61,209 nucleotides of DNA from Acholeplasmataceae bacterium (GTDB lineage Bacteria > Bacillota_I > Bacilli_A > ML615J-28 > CAG-698): NCBI GenBank assembly GCA_012718985.1, contig JAAYBG010000005.1, forward strand, positions 1 to 61,209, written 5' to 3'. Below, one piece after another: positions 41,535 through 54,163 of this stretch. A program made the position numbers and the translations under genes. The first letter of the stretch is position 1; each line of letters starts with the position of its first letter. Under the pieces are notes generated by a model. It was not told the origin of the DNA and ran no database searches. It saw only the letters and a program-made list of their open reading frames with translations.

Positions 41535-43604
41535 CTAGCCATTACGTTTTTTGATTACTTCAGCAGCAATCGATTTTGGGCACTCTTCATAGTTTGAAAA
41601 GTTCATTGTATAGTTGCCTCTTCCTTGAGTATTGCTACGTAAAGAAGTAGCATAGCCAAACATATTGGCTAGTGGTACTAAAGCTTTTACTCTTTGAAAA
41701 CGAGCATGAGCTTCTTGACCTTCAATTCTTCCGCGTTTGCCAATTAACTCCCCAATTACGTTCCCCAAATATTCATCAGGCACTTCTACTTCTACAGACA
41801 TAATTGGTTCTAGTAAGATGGGTTCACATTTTTCTGCGCTGTTTTTGAATGCATAACTAGCAGCAATCTCGAAAGAAATTTGACTTGAATCGACCTCATG
41901 ATAAGATCCATCGAATAAAGTTGCTTTTATATCAATTGTTGGATAACCAGCTAAATTACCATTTTGTAAAGAAGCTTCTAATCCTTTGTTAACAGAATTA
42001 ATAAATTCTTTAGGAACAACTCCACCAACAACAGCATCGACAAATTCGTAACCCTTACCAGGATTTGGTTCAAATCTAATCTTAACGTCTCCATATTGGC
42101 CATGACCTCCACTTTGACGAACAAATTTTCCTTGAACTTCGGCAGATCGTTTGATTGTTTCACGATAAGATACTTGTGGTTGCCCAACATTGGCTTCTAC
42201 CTTAAACTCTCGTTTCATCCGATCAACAATAATCTCTAGGTGTAGTTCTCCCATACCAGAGATGATCGTTTGCCCCGTTTCACTATTTGTATAACTTTTA
42301 AAAGTTGGGTCTTCTTCAGCAAGCTTTTGTAAAGCCATGCCCATTTTATCTTGATCAACTTTTGTTTTAGGCTCAATTGCTACGCTAATAACAGGTTCTG
42401 GAAAAATCATCGATTCCAAAACAACAACTCGTTTCGGATCGCAAATGGTATCTCCAGTTGTTGTTATTTTTAGACCGACAGCAGCAGCAATATCACCAGC
42501 GTATATTTCATTAATATCCGTACGATCGTTTGCATGCATTAGCAAAATACGACCGACTCTTTCTTTTTTGTCCTTTTCAGGGTTATAAACATAAGAACCT
42601 ACTTCTAAAACACCAGAATAAACTCTAAAGAAAGTTAATTTACCTACAAAGGGGTCTGTCATAACTTTAAATGCAAGAGCCGCAAAAGGTTGTTCATCAC
42701 ATGATTTTACTTCTATATCTTTACCATTTTTATCTTTTCCTACAATGTGAGGAACATCTAATGGAGAAGGCAAATAATCAACAACAGCATCTAGAACTAA
42801 TTTTAATCCTTTGTTTTTAAACGCTGTCCCACACATAACTGGAAAGAAATCAACAGTTAATGTAGCTTTACGGATTGCTTTTTTTAAATCAGTGACAGAT
42901 ATTTCTTCACCTTCTAAATATTTCATCATTAAATCATCATCAAAATCAGCAACAGCAGCAATCAATCCTTCATGGCGGTTATTTGCTTCTGTTACTAAAT
43001 GATCAGGAATCGGTATTTCAACATTAGTTTCAAATTCATCACCTGAATAATGATAGGCTTTCATCGTAACAATATCAATAATTCCATCAAAATTCGCTTC
43101 AGCTCCAATAGGAATAGTAATTGGATGAGCATTAGCACCCAATCTTTTATGTAAACTTTGTGTGGAAAAATTGAAATCTGCTCCTGTCTTATCCATTTTA
43201 TTAACGAAAACAATGCGAGGAACTTTGTATTCTGTTGCTTGGCGCCAAACGGTTTCTGTTTGTGGTTCGACACCTGCCTGAGCATCCAATACTGTAATTG
43301 CTCCATCAAGAACCCTTAAAGACCTGCTAACTTCAACAGTAAAATCTACATGTCCTGGAGTATCAATGATATTTATACGATGTCCATTCCAATAAGCTGT
43401 TGTAGCAGCTGAAGTTATTGTAATACCACGTTCTATCTCTTGTTCCATCCAGTCCATTTGCGCTGCTCCATCATGAGTCTCGCCCATTTTATGGATTTTT
43501 CCAGTATGAAATAGTATTCTTTCTGTAACTGTCGTCTTACCAGCATCAATATGGGCCATAACGCCTATGTTTCTCGTCTTTTCTAAAGATATATCACGAG
43601 GCAT
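41535..43604 (-). CDS. fusA: elongation factor G
   Basis: [14 protein letters not shown] and DTPGHVDF, 689 aa, in rpsL-rpsG-fusA-tuf order. Confidence 0.98.
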   Translation of the reverse strand: MPRDISLEKTRNIGVMAHIDAGKTTVTERILFHTGKIHKMGETHDGAAQMDWMEQEIERGITITSAATTAYWNGHRINIIDTPGHVDFTVEVSRSLRVLDGAITVLDAQAGVEPQTETVWRQATEYKVPRIVFVNKMDKTGADFNFSTQSLHKRLGANAHPITIPIGAEANFDGIIDIVTMKAYHYSGDEFETNVEIPIPDHLVTEANNRHEGLIAAVADFDDDLMMKYLEGEEISVTDLKKAIRKATLTVDFFPVMCGTAFKNKGLKLVLDAVVDYLPSPLDVPHIVGKDKNGKDIEVKSCDEQPFAALAFKVMTDPFVGKLTFFRVYSGVLEVGSYVYNPEKDKKERVGRILLMHANDRTDINEIYAGDIAAAVGLKITTTGDTICDPKRVVVLESMIFPEPVISVAIEPKTKVDQDKMGMALQKLAEEDPTFKSYTNSETGQTIISGMGELHLEIIVDRMKREFKVEANVGQPQVSYRETIKRSAEVQGKFVRQSGGHGQYGDVKIRFEPNPGKGYEFVDAVVGGVVPKEFINSVNKGLEASLQNGNLAGYPTIDIKATLFDGSYHEVDSSQISFEIAASYAFKNSAEKCEPILLEPIMSVEVEVPDEYLGNVIGELIGKRGRIEGQEAHARFQRVKALVPLANMFGYATSLRSNTQGRGNYTMNFSNYEECPKSIAAEVIKKRNG

Positions 43605-43618
43605 ACATTAACTCCTTT

Positions 43619-44089
43619 CTACCATTGATAATGTGCGAAGGCTTTGTTAGATTCAGCCATACGATGAGTATCATCGCGTTTCTTAACTGCATTACCAACA
43701 CCGTTAGCGGCGTCCATAATTTCATTGGCTAATCTTTCTTCCATTGTTTTTTCTCTTCTTAGTCTTGAGTATTGAGTTAACCATCTCAAACAAAGAGTCA
43801 TTTTTCTATCGGGTTTTACTTCCACTGGAACTTGGTAATTGGCACCACCAATACGGCGGGCTTTAACTTCAAGTTGCGGAGTAATATTTGCTAAGGCTTC
43901 ATTAAACACATCAAGAGCTGGACGTCCAGTTTTCTTTTCGATGTTTTCAAAAGCACCATAAAGTATTTGTTGTGCGATACCTTTTTTACCATCAAGCATG
44001 ATACTATTGATTAATCTAGTCACGATTGGTGAATTGTATAATGGATCCGGTAAAACTTTTCTTTTTGGAATATGTCCTTTACGTGGCAT
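43619..44089 (-). CDS. rpsG: 30S ribosomal protein S7
   Basis: [20 protein letters not shown] and a C-terminal AFAHYQW. Confidence 0.98.
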   Translation of the reverse strand: MPRKGHIPKRKVLPDPLYNSPIVTRLINSIMLDGKKGIAQQILYGAFENIEKKTGRPALDVFNEALANITPQLEVKARRIGGANYQVPVEVKPDRKMTLCLRWLTQYSRLRREKTMEERLANEIMDAANGVGNAVKKRDDTHRMAESNKAFAHYQW

Positions 44090-44119
44090 TTTTCATTCCT
44101 CCTTTCAATTTATAATAAA

Positions 44120-44527
44120 TTATTTTCTTTTAGCACCATATTTACTTCTGGCTTGTTTGCGATTCTCTACACCAGTAGCATCTTGTGTCCCACGAATGAT
44201 ATGATAACGTACTCCTGGTAAATCCTTTGCACGTCCACCACGTATTAACACAACACTATGTTCTTGTAACTTATGTCCAATTCCTGGAATATAAGCAGTA
44301 ACTTCAATTCCGTTAGATAAACGTACACGGGCATATTTACGAATAGCCGAGTTAGGTTTCTTCGGTGTCATCGTTTGTACTCTGGTACAAACTCCTCTTT
44401 TTTGTGGAGCCTGAACTTCGGTATAGCGTTTCTTTAAACTATTAAATCCAATTCCTAAATGAGGTGACTTTGACTTTTTCTTTTTTGACTCACGGGGTTT
44501 GCGAATTAATTGACTTATAGTTGGCAT
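44120..44527 (-). CDS. rpsL: 30S ribosomal protein S12
   Basis: [10 protein letters not shown]...PKKPNSA. AGGAGGAAAC lies before ATG 44527. The 10-codon extension in the track to 44557 is not supported. Confidence 0.97.
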   Translation of the reverse strand: MPTISQLIRKPRESKKKKSKSPHLGIGFNSLKKRYTEVQAPQKRGVCTRVQTMTPKKPNSAIRKYARVRLSNGIEVTAYIPGIGHKLQEHSVVLIRGGRAKDLPGVRYHIIRGTQDATGVENRKQARSKYGAKRK

Positions 44528-44631
44528 TATGTTTCCTCCTTTCACTAATACTACCACATTTCCGGGCGTTTCAATATTGCATAAATATAAGTTTTGGCAT
44601 AACCAAAACTAGTATTCATAAAACCTATATT

Positions 44632-44659
44632 ATTATACACTTTTTTTTATTTTTGTCAA
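44632..44659 (-). promoter_or_regulatory. sigma-A type promoter for rpsL-rpsG-fusA-tuf
   Basis: The minus strand reads TTGACA, a 16-nt spacer, then TATAAT. A roughly 100-nt leader follows, containing the hairpin AGTTTTGG-ttatg-CCAAAACT. Confidence 0.6.
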
Positions 44660-44663
44660 GTTT

Positions 44664-45521
44664 TTATTTTATATCCTCAACAATATGTTCTAATCCTTCT
44701 TTTAAAACATTTGGATTTTCATAAATCCTTTTTAATAATCTCAAAGAATTACCAAAGTATAAACCATCACAGAAGCGTTCATCTGTGACAACACCAAGGG
44801 TCATCACTTTTTTGGGAACAATATTCCCTTCTTTATCGACAACTGCTTGCATTTTTTCTTTTCCCATGCTGATAAAAATTCCTGTAGTGCCAAAATCATA
44901 AAGATGATGATAAATGTAATCTGTCTTAATTGATTTTAAATTTGTTATAAATATTGAAGTATGAAAAGGACTAGCTGCGATAATCTTTTTCGGTAACATG
45001 CCATGTTTATCCATCCACTTTAAAGTACCTACTGCTAATTTAATCAAAAAATTAGGAATTGCAGTAAGGATTTTAGCAAGTTTATCGGTTTTGTTAACAG
45101 CTTTTATATTGCTATTTGCCTTGATAGCATCATCAATTTTTTCTTTTATTTGATAAATATCTTCTTTTCCAGTAAATTCTAATTTTACTGTTGTCTCCTC
45201 CACATCATCGCGCAGCATTTTTTTCACAACAAAAGAAACCATTATATTTTTGCGTTTAAACACTCTTCCATTCATAACGAATCTATTTAATTGCGGTCTT
45301 AGAGCAAACAAACGAACAACTCCAGCAATGATAATATGCATATAATTAATCGTATTTTCTTTTTCTTTTTCTTTCGCAATAAATTCATCTAAAGATTCGC
45401 ATTGTAATTCATATTTAAAAAGATTTTGCGAATCATGTCGTGCACTCATAATATGAGGGATTATTCTATTTATAGGGCTTAATCCCTTAATCTTTTTCCC
45501 ATCGCTTCTTTTTCCAAACAT
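44664..45521 (-). CDS. 2-oxoacid dehydrogenase E2 / chloramphenicol acetyltransferase-fold acyltransferase-like protein with no lipoyl or E3-binding domains
   Basis: The overall pattern matches an E2 catalytic domain: INYMHIIIAGVVRLFALRPQLN ... SIFITNL ... LGVVTDERFCDGLYFGNSLRLLKRIYENP. DERxxDG sits where E2 enzymes carry DHRxxDG. Confidence 0.6.
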   Translation of the reverse strand: MFGKRSDGKKIKGLSPINRIIPHIMSARHDSQNLFKYELQCESLDEFIAKEKEKENTINYMHIIIAGVVRLFALRPQLNRFVMNGRVFKRKNIMVSFVVKKMLRDDVEETTVKLEFTGKEDIYQIKEKIDDAIKANSNIKAVNKTDKLAKILTAIPNFLIKLAVGTLKWMDKHGMLPKKIIAASPFHTSIFITNLKSIKTDYIYHHLYDFGTTGIFISMGKEKMQAVVDKEGNIVPKKVMTLGVVTDERFCDGLYFGNSLRLLKRIYENPNVLKEGLEHIVEDIK

Positions 45522-45553
45522 GTGTCTTTCTCCTTAAATTACAAGATAGTGCC

Positions 45554-45582
45554 ATTTTACCACAGTGCGCTGTTTTTTTCAA
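45554..45582 (-). promoter_or_regulatory. sigma-A type promoter for the acyltransferase-like gene
   Basis: The minus strand reads TTGAAA, a 17-nt spacer, then TAAAAT preceded by TGG. Confidence 0.55.
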
Positions 45583-45597
45583 GGAGTTTTTGCCCAC

Positions 45598-45624
45598 GTA
45601 AAAAATAGATGGGGATTCCATCTA
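45598..45624 (-). terminator. terminator after rpoC
   Basis: The minus strand reads TAGATGG-aatcc-CCATCTA followed by T6. The stem begins with the TAG stop codon. Confidence 0.75.
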
Positions 45625-48600
45625 TTCTTTTTCTTCTTCTTTTTCAGGTTCGTGTTTCAAGATATCAGCAAAAGCAATACCACTACCAGCAGGAATTAAG
45701 CCACCAATAATGATATTTTCCTTTAACCCTTCTAGGTAATCTTTTTTGCCGCGAATTGCCGCTTCTGTCAATACTCTTGTTGTTTCTTGGAATGAAGCTG
45801 CTGATAAGAACGAGTCAGATTTTAAAGAAGCTCTTGTAATGCCGAGTAATACTGGTTTTATAATCGGTGTAATTTTACCCTTGTTAATACACTCTTCCAT
45901 ATAACCATATAATTCACTCTTAGAGATGTAACTACCTGGTAATAAATCCGTTTCTCCTTCATTAACGACAACCACTTTTTGCAACATTTGTTTAATGATT
46001 ATTTCAATATGTTTATCGGAAATATCTACACCTTGAGATCGGTATACTTTTTGTACTTCCTTCAAAATATATTTTTCAACATCTTCAACTGTTCCAACTC
46101 TTAACAATTCACGAGGATGAATTAACCCTTCTGTTAACTTATCTCCTGCTTTTACATTGCTCTTTTCGCGAACTATTACGACTTTTCCACTATCTGTCAA
46201 GTATTTCTTCTCTTCTTGTGTATCTTTATTGCGAATGATGATTTCAAATCGATTTGAAACTTCTGGTTTAATCGAAACAACAACGCCATCAATTTCGGAA
46301 ATTATTGCTTTACCTTTTGGTTCACGCGCCTCAAATAATTCTTGAATACGAGGAAGACCTTGAGTAATATCATCACCAGCAACACCACCAGAGTGGAATG
46401 TTCTCATGGTTAATTGTGTACCCGGTTCTCCGATTGATTGAGCAGCAATAACACCAACAACTTCGCCTCTTTCTACAACTTCACCCGTTGATAGATCAGA
46501 ACCATAACATTTAACGCAAACTCCATTCTTGCAATTACAAGTTAACAAAGTTCGAATATACACTTCTTTAATTCCGCTTTTTACAATAGTATTAGCGATA
46601 CTTTCCGTGATAAATTCATTGGCACCTATGATTATTTCGTTTGTTTGTGGATCAATAACCGCTTTATTAGTATACCTACCAATAATTCGGTCTAATAATG
46701 GCACAATTACACGACCATCTTCCGCTACTAAAGCAGTTGTGCACATTCCTTTATCCGTATTACAGTCATCTTCAACAACTATAACATCTTGACTAACATC
46801 GACTAAACGTCGTGTTAAATATCCTGATTCTGCAGTTTTTAAAGCTGTATCCGTCGATCCTTTTCGTGCTCCATGGGTAGAAATAAAGAATTCCGACATA
46901 GTTAGTCCTTCTCTGAAGGAAGAACGAATAGGAATATCGATAGTTTCATTGTTTGGTTTAGCCATTAAACCACGCATACCTGATAATTGAACGAAATTGG
47001 AAATACTACCTCTGGCACCACTATCACTCATCATATAGATATGGTTATCGATACATTTCTCGTTAACTTCGTTTTTAATATCTTCTTCTAACGTTTCCTT
47101 TGTTTCTTTCCAAACATTGATTACATTGGTTCTTCGTTCGGATGCTGTCATTAAACCACGATGATAGTAAGTATCATAGCGTCTGACTTTTTCTTCCGCT
47201 TCGGCAAGAACCTTTGCTTTAGTACTAATTACATTGATATCTGATGCAGCTACAGTAATACCAGCAATGGTTGAATATTTAAAACCAAGGTCCTTCATTT
47301 TGTCTAGCGTTTTTGAAGTTTCTGACAATTTAAATTGCTTGAATACTTCAGCAATCACTTGACTCAAGAATTTTTTCTTAAATGGATGAGGCAAATCTTG
47401 GTTGTTTTCTTGTAAATACTTTTTGATATTTACTCCTTTTTCAATAAAATATTTTTCCGGAAGCCCCTTAGTCAGATTTTCAATAGTTGCTTCATTCACA
47501 TAAGGAATGTACGGCTGTTCTTGAGGAAAAATACTATTGAAAACAATTTTACCATAAGTAGTAATAATGTATTTATTTAATTGTTCTGGAGTAAAATGAG
47601 GATTATTTAATGATTTTGGCGATAAAACAATTCGTGAATGGAAGGTAATTTCACCATTTTCATAAGCCATTTCCGCTTCATTAACATCTTTGAATACTCG
47701 CCCTTCTCCTTTTTCTCCAGACTTTTCAATTGTTAGATAATAGTTTCCTAAAACCATATCTTGTGATGGAGTAACGATTGGTTTTCCATCTTTTGGAGCT
47801 AAGATATTTTTTGATGCTAACATCAATAATCTCGCTTCTGCTTGTGCTTCTTGTGACAAAGGTACGTGAACAGCCATCTGGTCACCATCAAAATCGGCAT
47901 TGAATGCTGTAGTAACCAGTGGATGTAAGCGAATTGCTTTTCCTTCTACTAATTTTGGTTCAAATGCTTGAATACCAAGTCGATGTAATGTTGGAGCCCG
48001 GTTTAATAAAACTGGATGCTCAACAATAATCTTTTCTAGTTGCGTCATTGCAATTGGATGACCTTCATCGATCATTTCTTTTGCTTTTTTAACATTTATT
48101 TTAGTTGCATTGTTATCTTGATTCTCTTGATCTTGTTTAATAATCGCATTGATAATAAATGGTTTAAATAAAATTAAAGCCATTTCCCGAGGAATACCAC
48201 ATTGATACATTTGTAAATCTGGTCCGACAACGATAACGCTACGCCCTGAATAGTCTACTCGCTTACCCAGTAAGTTTTGACGGAACCGTCCTTGCTTTCC
48301 TCGTAATAAATCGGACAATGATTTTAGCGGTCTTTTCTTTTCAACAACTACTTTTTTGTTTCGTTTTCCATTATCAATCAAAGCATCTACTGCTTCCTGC
48401 AGCATACGTTTTTCGTTCTTAGTAATTAATCCTGGAGCTCTTTGTTCGAACTGTTTACGTAGTCGATTATTTCTATTCAAAATACGGCGATATAAATCAT
48501 TCAAGTCAGTAGTAGCAAAACGCCCACCATCTAGTTGAACCATTGGTCTTAAATCAGGAGGTAGTACAGGAATAACATCCATAACCATCCATTCTGGTTT

Positions 48601-49269
48601 ATTATCCGATTTATAAAACGCTTCAACAGCCTCAAGACGTTTAATCAATTTTTCCCGCCTTTGTTTCGTAGCTGTTTTTAATTCCGCTCTTAATTCAGTA
48701 ATAATCTCTTTTAAATCTAAATCTTTTAACAATTTTTTAATTGCTTCTGCACCAGTTAGGGCTTTAAATTTAGAACTACCATATTGGCGTTGATAAACAC
48801 TACACTCTTGTTCGGAAAGAATTCTTCCTTTTTGTAAGCTTTCAATTGAACCCGGATCAACAACTATATAGGAAGCCAGATAAACAATATCTTCTACTTC
48901 TTTTGTTTTCATGTCTAACATCAATGCTATCTTACTAGGACTGTTGCGTAAAAACCAAGTATGAACTACTGGTGCAGCTAATTCGATGTGACCCATTCGT
49001 TCACGACGAACTTTGCTTTCCGTTAATTCTACACCACAACGATCGCATCTTGTTTCAAGCTTAGAAGATCTCTTAGATTTTCCACAAGAACATTGATAAT
49101 CCTTTGTTGGGCCAAAAATTACTTCACAAAATAAACCATCACGTTCAGGTTTTAAAGTTCGATAGTTAATGGTTTCATGCTTTTTAACTTCACCATAACT
49201 CCAACTTCTTATTTCTTCAGGAGATGCTATACTCATTTGTATATAACTATATTTCTTTTTATTATTCAA
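45622..49269 (-). CDS. rpoC: DNA-directed RNA polymerase beta' subunit
   Basis: NADFDGDQM active site, an N-terminal Zn-binding region (CSCGK...CDRCGVE), 1215 aa. Confidence 0.99.
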   Translation of the reverse strand: MNNKKKYSYIQMSIASPEEIRSWSYGEVKKHETINYRTLKPERDGLFCEVIFGPTKDYQCSCGKSKRSSKLETRCDRCGVELTESKVRRERMGHIELAAPVVHTWFLRNSPSKIALMLDMKTKEVEDIVYLASYIVVDPGSIESLQKGRILSEQECSVYQRQYGSSKFKALTGAEAIKKLLKDLDLKEIITELRAELKTATKQRREKLIKRLEAVEAFYKSDNKPEWMVMDVIPVLPPDLRPMVQLDGGRFATTDLNDLYRRILNRNNRLRKQFEQRAPGLITKNEKRMLQEAVDALIDNGKRNKKVVVEKKRPLKSLSDLLRGKQGRFRQNLLGKRVDYSGRSVIVVGPDLQMYQCGIPREMALILFKPFIINAIIKQDQENQDNNATKINVKKAKEMIDEGHPIAMTQLEKIIVEHPVLLNRAPTLHRLGIQAFEPKLVEGKAIRLHPLVTTAFNADFDGDQMAVHVPLSQEAQAEARLLMLASKNILAPKDGKPIVTPSQDMVLGNYYLTIEKSGEKGEGRVFKDVNEAEMAYENGEITFHSRIVLSPKSLNNPHFTPEQLNKYIITTYGKIVFNSIFPQEQPYIPYVNEATIENLTKGLPEKYFIEKGVNIKKYLQENNQDLPHPFKKKFLSQVIAEVFKQFKLSETSKTLDKMKDLGFKYSTIAGITVAASDINVISTKAKVLAEAEEKVRRYDTYYHRGLMTASERRTNVINVWKETKETLEEDIKNEVNEKCIDNHIYMMSDSGARGSISNFVQLSGMRGLMAKPNNETIDIPIRSSFREGLTMSEFFISTHGARKGSTDTALKTAESGYLTRRLVDVSQDVIVVEDDCNTDKGMCTTALVAEDGRVIVPLLDRIIGRYTNKAVIDPQTNEIIIGANEFITESIANTIVKSGIKEVYIRTLLTCNCKNGVCVKCYGSDLSTGEVVERGEVVGVIAAQSIGEPGTQLTMRTFHSGGVAGDDITQGLPRIQELFEAREPKGKAIISEIDGVVVSIKPEVSNRFEIIIRNKDTQEEKKYLTDSGKVVIVREKSNVKAGDKLTEGLIHPRELLRVGTVEDVEKYILKEVQKVYRSQGVDISDKHIEIIIKQMLQKVVVVNEGETDLLPGSYISKSELYGYMEECINKGKITPIIKPVLLGITRASLKSDSFLSAASFQETTRVLTEAAIRGKKDYLEGLKENIIIGGLIPAGSGIAFADILKHEPEKEEEKE

Positions 49270-49308
49270 ATTATCACCTCAAATTTTTTTAAAAAAGATA
49301 CGCTGCTA

Positions 49309-50781
49309 TTAATTAGCTTTCTTAGTTTTAGTAGCAAGAGCAAGTTCTTCGACCAAGCTCATATTTGCTACATCTTCTCCTGTTTCATTGTCAATTAACT
49401 TGATGCTAATTCCTAATCCCTGTAATTCTTTAATCAAAACTCTAAAGGCTTCAGGAATACCTGGAGCAGGAATATCTTCACCATCAACGATAGCTTTATA
49501 CACTTTGTTTCTTCCAACCATATCATCTGATTTGATGGTTAACATTTCCCGTAAGGTATAGGCAGCACCATAAGCTTCTAGTGCCCATACTTCCATTTCA
49601 CCAAATCTTTGACCACCATTTTGAGCTTTACCACCCATTGGTTGTTGCGTTACCAGTGCATATGGTCCTTCACTACGAGCATGTAATTTATCATCGACCA
49701 TATGGGCCAACTTAATCATATACATAACACCAACAGAAATACGATTATCAAATGGTCTTCCTGTTCTACCATCAATCAAAACCGTCTTACCATCTTCATT
49801 CATACCAGCTTCTTTCATGATTTCTGCTAGATCATCTGATCTAACACCATCAAATACCGGTGTTGCGATATGAATACCTAATTTTTGAGCCGCCATACCC
49901 AAATGAATTTCAAGTACTTGGCCAATATTTAACCGAGACGGAATACCTTGTGGATTCAACATGATATCAATTGGCGTTCCATCTTCCATATATGGCATAT
50001 CTTCTTGAGGTAAAATTTTGGAAATAACACCTTTATTACCATGACGACCTGCCATCTTATCGCCTTCTGTAATCTTACGTTTTTGAACGATAAATACTCT
50101 TACAAATTCATTAACCGATGGTGGTAATTCATCACCATCTTTGCGTCGGAAATGCTCAATTCGATGAACAATTCCTCCTCCTCCATGAGGAACTTTTAAT
50201 GATGTATTTCTTACCTCTTTTGAACTATCAGCAAATAAGGCTCGTGACAACCTTTCTTCTGGAGTTGGGTCTGTCTGGCCTTTTGGTGTTACTTTACCGA
50301 CAAGAATATCATTTTCTTTTACTTCCGCACCCAAACGAATAATCCCGTATTCATCAAGGTTAGCAATAGCTTCCTTACGGTCATCAAGTTCTCTGGTAAT
50401 CTCTTCTTTTCCTAATTTAGTATCTCGCACCTCTACTTCGTGCTTTTCAATATGAATAGAAGTATAAACATCATCTTGTACTAAACGTTCGCTCATGACA
50501 ACAGCATCTTCATAATTGTAACCATTCCATGTCATGAAAGCAATAACGACATTTCGTCCTAAAGCCATTTCACCGCGATCCATTGATGGACCATCAGCTA
50601 AAACATCGCCTTTTTTAACAAACTCGCCTTTTTTCACGATTGGTCTTTGGTTGACACAAGTACTGTGATTTGAACGCTCATATTTAATTAATTTATATTC
50701 ACGAATATTTCCGCTTGTTTCTTTAACAACAATCTTTAAAGCATCTACATACTCAACAAATCCAGCTTCTTCAGCAATCAC
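49309..50781 (-). CDS. rpoB: RNA polymerase beta subunit, C-terminal fragment of an interrupted rpoB
   Basis: It contains [13 protein letters not shown] and the conserved C-terminal clamp region. The ORF opens at a GTG that overlaps the TGA of the upstream fragment. Confidence 0.95.
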   Translation of the reverse strand: MIAEEAGFVEYVDALKIVVKETSGNIREYKLIKYERSNHSTCVNQRPIVKKGEFVKKGDVLADGPSMDRGEMALGRNVVIAFMTWNGYNYEDAVVMSERLVQDDVYTSIHIEKHEVEVRDTKLGKEEITRELDDRKEAIANLDEYGIIRLGAEVKENDILVGKVTPKGQTDPTPEERLSRALFADSSKEVRNTSLKVPHGGGGIVHRIEHFRRKDGDELPPSVNEFVRVFIVQKRKITEGDKMAGRHGNKGVISKILPQEDMPYMEDGTPIDIMLNPQGIPSRLNIGQVLEIHLGMAAQKLGIHIATPVFDGVRSDDLAEIMKEAGMNEDGKTVLIDGRTGRPFDNRISVGVMYMIKLAHMVDDKLHARSEGPYALVTQQPMGGKAQNGGQRFGEMEVWALEAYGAAYTLREMLTIKSDDMVGRNKVYKAIVDGEDIPAPGIPEAFRVLIKELQGLGISIKLIDNETGEDVANMSLVEELALATKTKKAN

Positions 50782-52832
50782 TGCAACTCCTGAATCTTTG
50801 CTGCTTTTGCTTCTATTCCTGTAGCAACAAATGCTGCTTCTGGTTTTAGTAGCGGAATTGCTTGTCGTTGCATGTTCGCACCCATTAAAGCTCGGTTTGC
50901 ATCATCATGTTCCAAAAAAGGAATACAAGCTGTCGATACAGCAACAATTTGTTTTGGTGATACATCAATTAAATCTATTTTTTCTTTACCGATTTCTAAC
51001 GTCTCTCCCATATGACGAGCAGTAACCTTTTGTTCGATAATTTCATATTGTTCATTTACTTCTGTATTGGCTTGAGCAATATAATAATCTTCTTCACGAT
51101 CAGCAGTGAGATAGATTACATCATCAGGATCATTTGATACCAATGTTCTGCCATCTTCCGCTTGGATTACTTTTAAATATGGAGTTTCAATGAACCCATA
51201 TTTATCCACACGCGCATAAGTGGCAAGCGAGTTAATCAAGCCGATATTTTGACCTTCCGGTGTTTCAATTGGGCAAATTCGACCATAGTGAGATACGTGA
51301 ACATCACGCACTTCAAATCCAGCGCGATCTCTTGTTAGACCACCAGCACCTAGAGCCGATAAACGGCGTTTATGGGTTAATTCCGACAATGGATTAATTT
51401 GGTCCATAAATTGCGATAATTGACTGCTACCAAAAAACTCTCTAATTGAGGATGTCAGGGTGCGGATATTAATCAAATTTTGAGGAACAATTGCTTTAGT
51501 ATCATTAGATGTAGACATCCTATCCTTAACATTCTTTTCCATTTTAGTTAGACCAATTCTGAATTGATTTTGTAATAATTCGCCAATTAAACGCAAACGT
51601 CTATTTCCTAAATGGTCAATGTCATCTGTACGTCCAACGCCTTCATGAAGGTTGATAAAATAACTGACTGCAGCTAGAATATCCGATAAAGTTACATGAC
51701 AAACTTCTTCATCTTGATTATTTCCAACTAATCTAATCGGATTGTCTTTATCTTTTTCATGGCAAACATCAAGGACTTCAAGGATAACACTATTTCCTTC
51801 CAACATTTGTTCATAAGTAAATGTCTTTCTATACAACTCGCGATGGTTTTCTAAATAATTCATTACTTTTGCATCGATTACTTGGTTTTTAGCAAATACT
51901 ACTTTTCCTGTGTTTGGATCAATAACATCACTGGCAAATAAGCAAGTATTTAAACCCATATTGTATATTCTTTGTAAGACATCTAGCTTTTTATTAACTT
52001 TATAACGACCTACACTTGCTAAATCATATCTTCTAATTTCAAATAAACGACTTGCAAGATAATTTCTTGCACCTTCTGGATTTGCTTTTTCGCCAGGACG
52101 TAACTTATCATATAATTGCTCTAAAGCATCATCAGAACCAAATGTTTCATCTTTATCAAAGGTATTTGATAAATACTCAGATTTTCCAAATGGATCGTAT
52201 AATTCAGTTATATTCTTATTTGAGTTCAATCCCATTGCTCTTAAAAATGTAGTAAGGGGAATTTTCTTCGAGCGATCAAGTTTTGCATACCAAATATTTC
52301 TACTACCCATTTCAAATTCAATCCATGCTCCACGAGTAGGAATAATTTGACCGTAATATTGTACCTGTGCGGTTTTCTTATCAATACTTTTAGAATAAAA
52401 AGCTCCAGCAGAACGAATAATCTGTGTTACTACTACTCTTTCAGCCCCAGTAATAATAAAAGTTCCCCATGGTGTCATGATTGGAAATTCGCCTAAAAAG
52501 ATTTTCTGTTCTTTGATTTCTCCAGTTTCTTTGGAAACTAGACTAACATCTGCTTTTAAAGGGCGAGAATAGTTAGTAAGATTTCTTTTTGCTTCTGAAA
52601 TTGTGTACTTAGGTTCATCGAACTCAAAGTTTTTAAAATACAATTCTAACTTTTCACCATGATCACGAATTGGAGAAATTTCGTTAAATAATTCTTCAAT
52701 TCCTTCGCGAACAAACCAATCAAATGACTTTGTTTGTATTTCAATTAGATTAGGTAATTCAACATTGGTTTGTACTCGAGAATAATTTCTTCTTTCAATA
52801 TTTTTTCCATAAACAATATTTTTGTAGCTCAA
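50778..52832 (-). CDS. rpoB: RNA polymerase beta subunit, N-terminal fragment of an interrupted rpoB
   Basis: [13 protein letters not shown], the rifampicin-cluster region ([28 protein letters not shown]) and MGANMQRQA. It ends IQELQ-TGA after a frame change. The probable start is TTG 52832, since the GTG at 52847 lies inside the GTGAGGTG SD. Confidence 0.93.
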   Translation of the reverse strand: MSYKNIVYGKNIERRNYSRVQTNVELPNLIEIQTKSFDWFVREGIEELFNEISPIRDHGEKLELYFKNFEFDEPKYTISEAKRNLTNYSRPLKADVSLVSKETGEIKEQKIFLGEFPIMTPWGTFIITGAERVVVTQIIRSAGAFYSKSIDKKTAQVQYYGQIIPTRGAWIEFEMGSRNIWYAKLDRSKKIPLTTFLRAMGLNSNKNITELYDPFGKSEYLSNTFDKDETFGSDDALEQLYDKLRPGEKANPEGARNYLASRLFEIRRYDLASVGRYKVNKKLDVLQRIYNMGLNTCLFASDVIDPNTGKVVFAKNQVIDAKVMNYLENHRELYRKTFTYEQMLEGNSVILEVLDVCHEKDKDNPIRLVGNNQDEEVCHVTLSDILAAVSYFINLHEGVGRTDDIDHLGNRRLRLIGELLQNQFRIGLTKMEKNVKDRMSTSNDTKAIVPQNLINIRTLTSSIREFFGSSQLSQFMDQINPLSELTHKRRLSALGAGGLTRDRAGFEVRDVHVSHYGRICPIETPEGQNIGLINSLATYARVDKYGFIETPYLKVIQAEDGRTLVSNDPDDVIYLTADREEDYYIAQANTEVNEQYEIIEQKVTARHMGETLEIGKEKIDLIDVSPKQIVAVSTACIPFLEHDDANRALMGANMQRQAIPLLKPEAAFVATGIEAKAAKIQELQ

Positions 52833-52908
52833 AATATTACACCTCACAGTTTTTAAGCAAAGTAATTTAAATAATATTTATTTTTATCACATTCTACCGC
52901 ATTTTGAT

Positions 52909-52937
52909 ATTTTAACATAATTTAGTCAAGTTGTCAA
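52909..52937 (-). promoter_or_regulatory. sigma-A type promoter for rpoB-rpoC
   Basis: The minus strand reads TTGACA, a 17-nt spacer, then TAAAAT. Confidence 0.65.
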
Positions 52938-53031
52938 CATAAATTTTTAAGATGTAAAAAAAGAAAAAATCGAGAGTTATCTTCCTTTTTAATAATAAGG
53001 TGAATTGCTCTCAATTGAATTCATTGCTTAT

Positions 53032-53628
53032 TTAATTTTTCCTACTAAACACTACATAGTAGCCATTTTTTTTGCACTTTTTTTGGGCATTTCCAAAAAC
53101 ATTTTCCATCTTGTCTATAAAAGATGGAGCTCCTTGTTTTTTTTGAATCACTGCCCAAAACATTCCTTTTTCATTTAAATAAAGAATGCTATCTTCAATA
53201 ATTTTATGAACGGTTTCCTTACCCGCTCTAATCGGTGGATTGGTGATAATATAATCATATTTTTGATTAATTGCAGCATACAAGTCGCTTTCATAGACAT
53301 TTACACGAGAAACACGATTGTGTTTAATACTCTTTTTTACAAGTTCTATAGCCCGTTTATTCACATCAATCATATCTACCCAAACATCAGGATAACTTTT
53401 AGCAATTGCAATGCCGATAATTCCATAACCACAACCGAGGTCAAGAATTCTCGATTCTTTAGGAAAATCTGGTAAATTATTCAACAAAACATTCGTTCCG
53501 AAATCTACGCGATCTTTACTAAAAACACCCAAATCAGAGAATAGGCTTACTTTTGTATTTCGAAATGTATATTCTATGATTCTCTCCTCTGAAACCAGGC
53601 TGCTATCATTTGTATAATAGTGACTCAT
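53032..53628 (-). CDS. class I SAM-dependent methyltransferase, RsmC/YbxB-like (small-domain rRNA MTase)
   Basis: SAM motif I LDLGCGYG and motif IV NPPIRAG. Its position between rplL and rpoB matches B. subtilis ybxB as I recall it. Confidence 0.8.
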   Translation of the reverse strand: MSHYYTNDSSLVSEERIIEYTFRNTKVSLFSDLGVFSKDRVDFGTNVLLNNLPDFPKESRILDLGCGYGIIGIAIAKSYPDVWVDMIDVNKRAIELVKKSIKHNRVSRVNVYESDLYAAINQKYDYIITNPPIRAGKETVHKIIEDSILYLNEKGMFWAVIQKKQGAPSFIDKMENVFGNAQKKCKKNGYYVVFSRKN

Positions 53629-53718
53629 AAATATCTCCTACGTATGATGTATTATAATACAAACGACTTACCAATGCAATCATTTTTTTATTATTTTCAT
53701 GATGGGTATCTTCCACAT

Positions 53719-53750
53719 CTAAAAGAGCACAATTTTTAAATTGTGCTCAC
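53719..53750 (-). terminator. terminator or partial terminator after rplL
   Basis: The minus strand reads GAGCACAATT-taaa-AATTGTGCTC followed by TTTT. Confidence 0.6.
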
Positions 53751-53767
53751 ATTCATCTGTTTTTAAA

Positions 53768-54139
53768 TTATTTAATTTGAACAACAGCGCCGGCTTCTTC
53801 TAATTTAGCCTTAATAGCATTAGCTTCATCAACTTCAATGCCCTCTTTAACTGCTTTTGGAGCAGCATCAACTAAATCTTTAGCTTCCTTTAATGGTAAG
53901 CCAGTGATTTCGCGGACAACTTTGATGACTGCAATCTTATTTGGTCCAAATTCGGCTAAGATTACGTTTACAGTTGATGGTCCTTCATCAACTGCTTCTG
54001 CAGGTGCAGCACCTTGAACGGCCACAGCGGCAGCAGTAACACCAAATTCATTTTCAATTGCTTTTACTAATTCATTTAATTCTAAAACAGACATTTCTTT
54101 TAAAGATTCTAAAAATTCTTGCACATTAATTTTTGCCAT
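53768..54139 (-). CDS. rplL: 50S ribosomal protein L7/L12
   Basis: An Ala-rich hinge and a C-terminal LKEAKDLVD...LEEAGA. Confidence 0.98.
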   Translation of the reverse strand: MAKINVQEFLESLKEMSVLELNELVKAIENEFGVTAAAVAVQGAAPAEAVDEGPSTVNVILAEFGPNKIAVIKVVREITGLPLKEAKDLVDAAPKAVKEGIEVDEANAIKAKLEEAGAVVQIK

Positions 54140-54163
54140 TATATTTTTCCTCCTGTTTAAATT

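Noticed and set aside
44558-44631. The hairpin AGTTTTGG-ttatg-CCAAAACT in the rpsL leader as a riboswitch or S7/S12 regulatory element.
   Set aside because: It is a single short hairpin with no recognisable conserved motif. I cannot distinguish it from a generic 5'-UTR stabiliser without comparative data.
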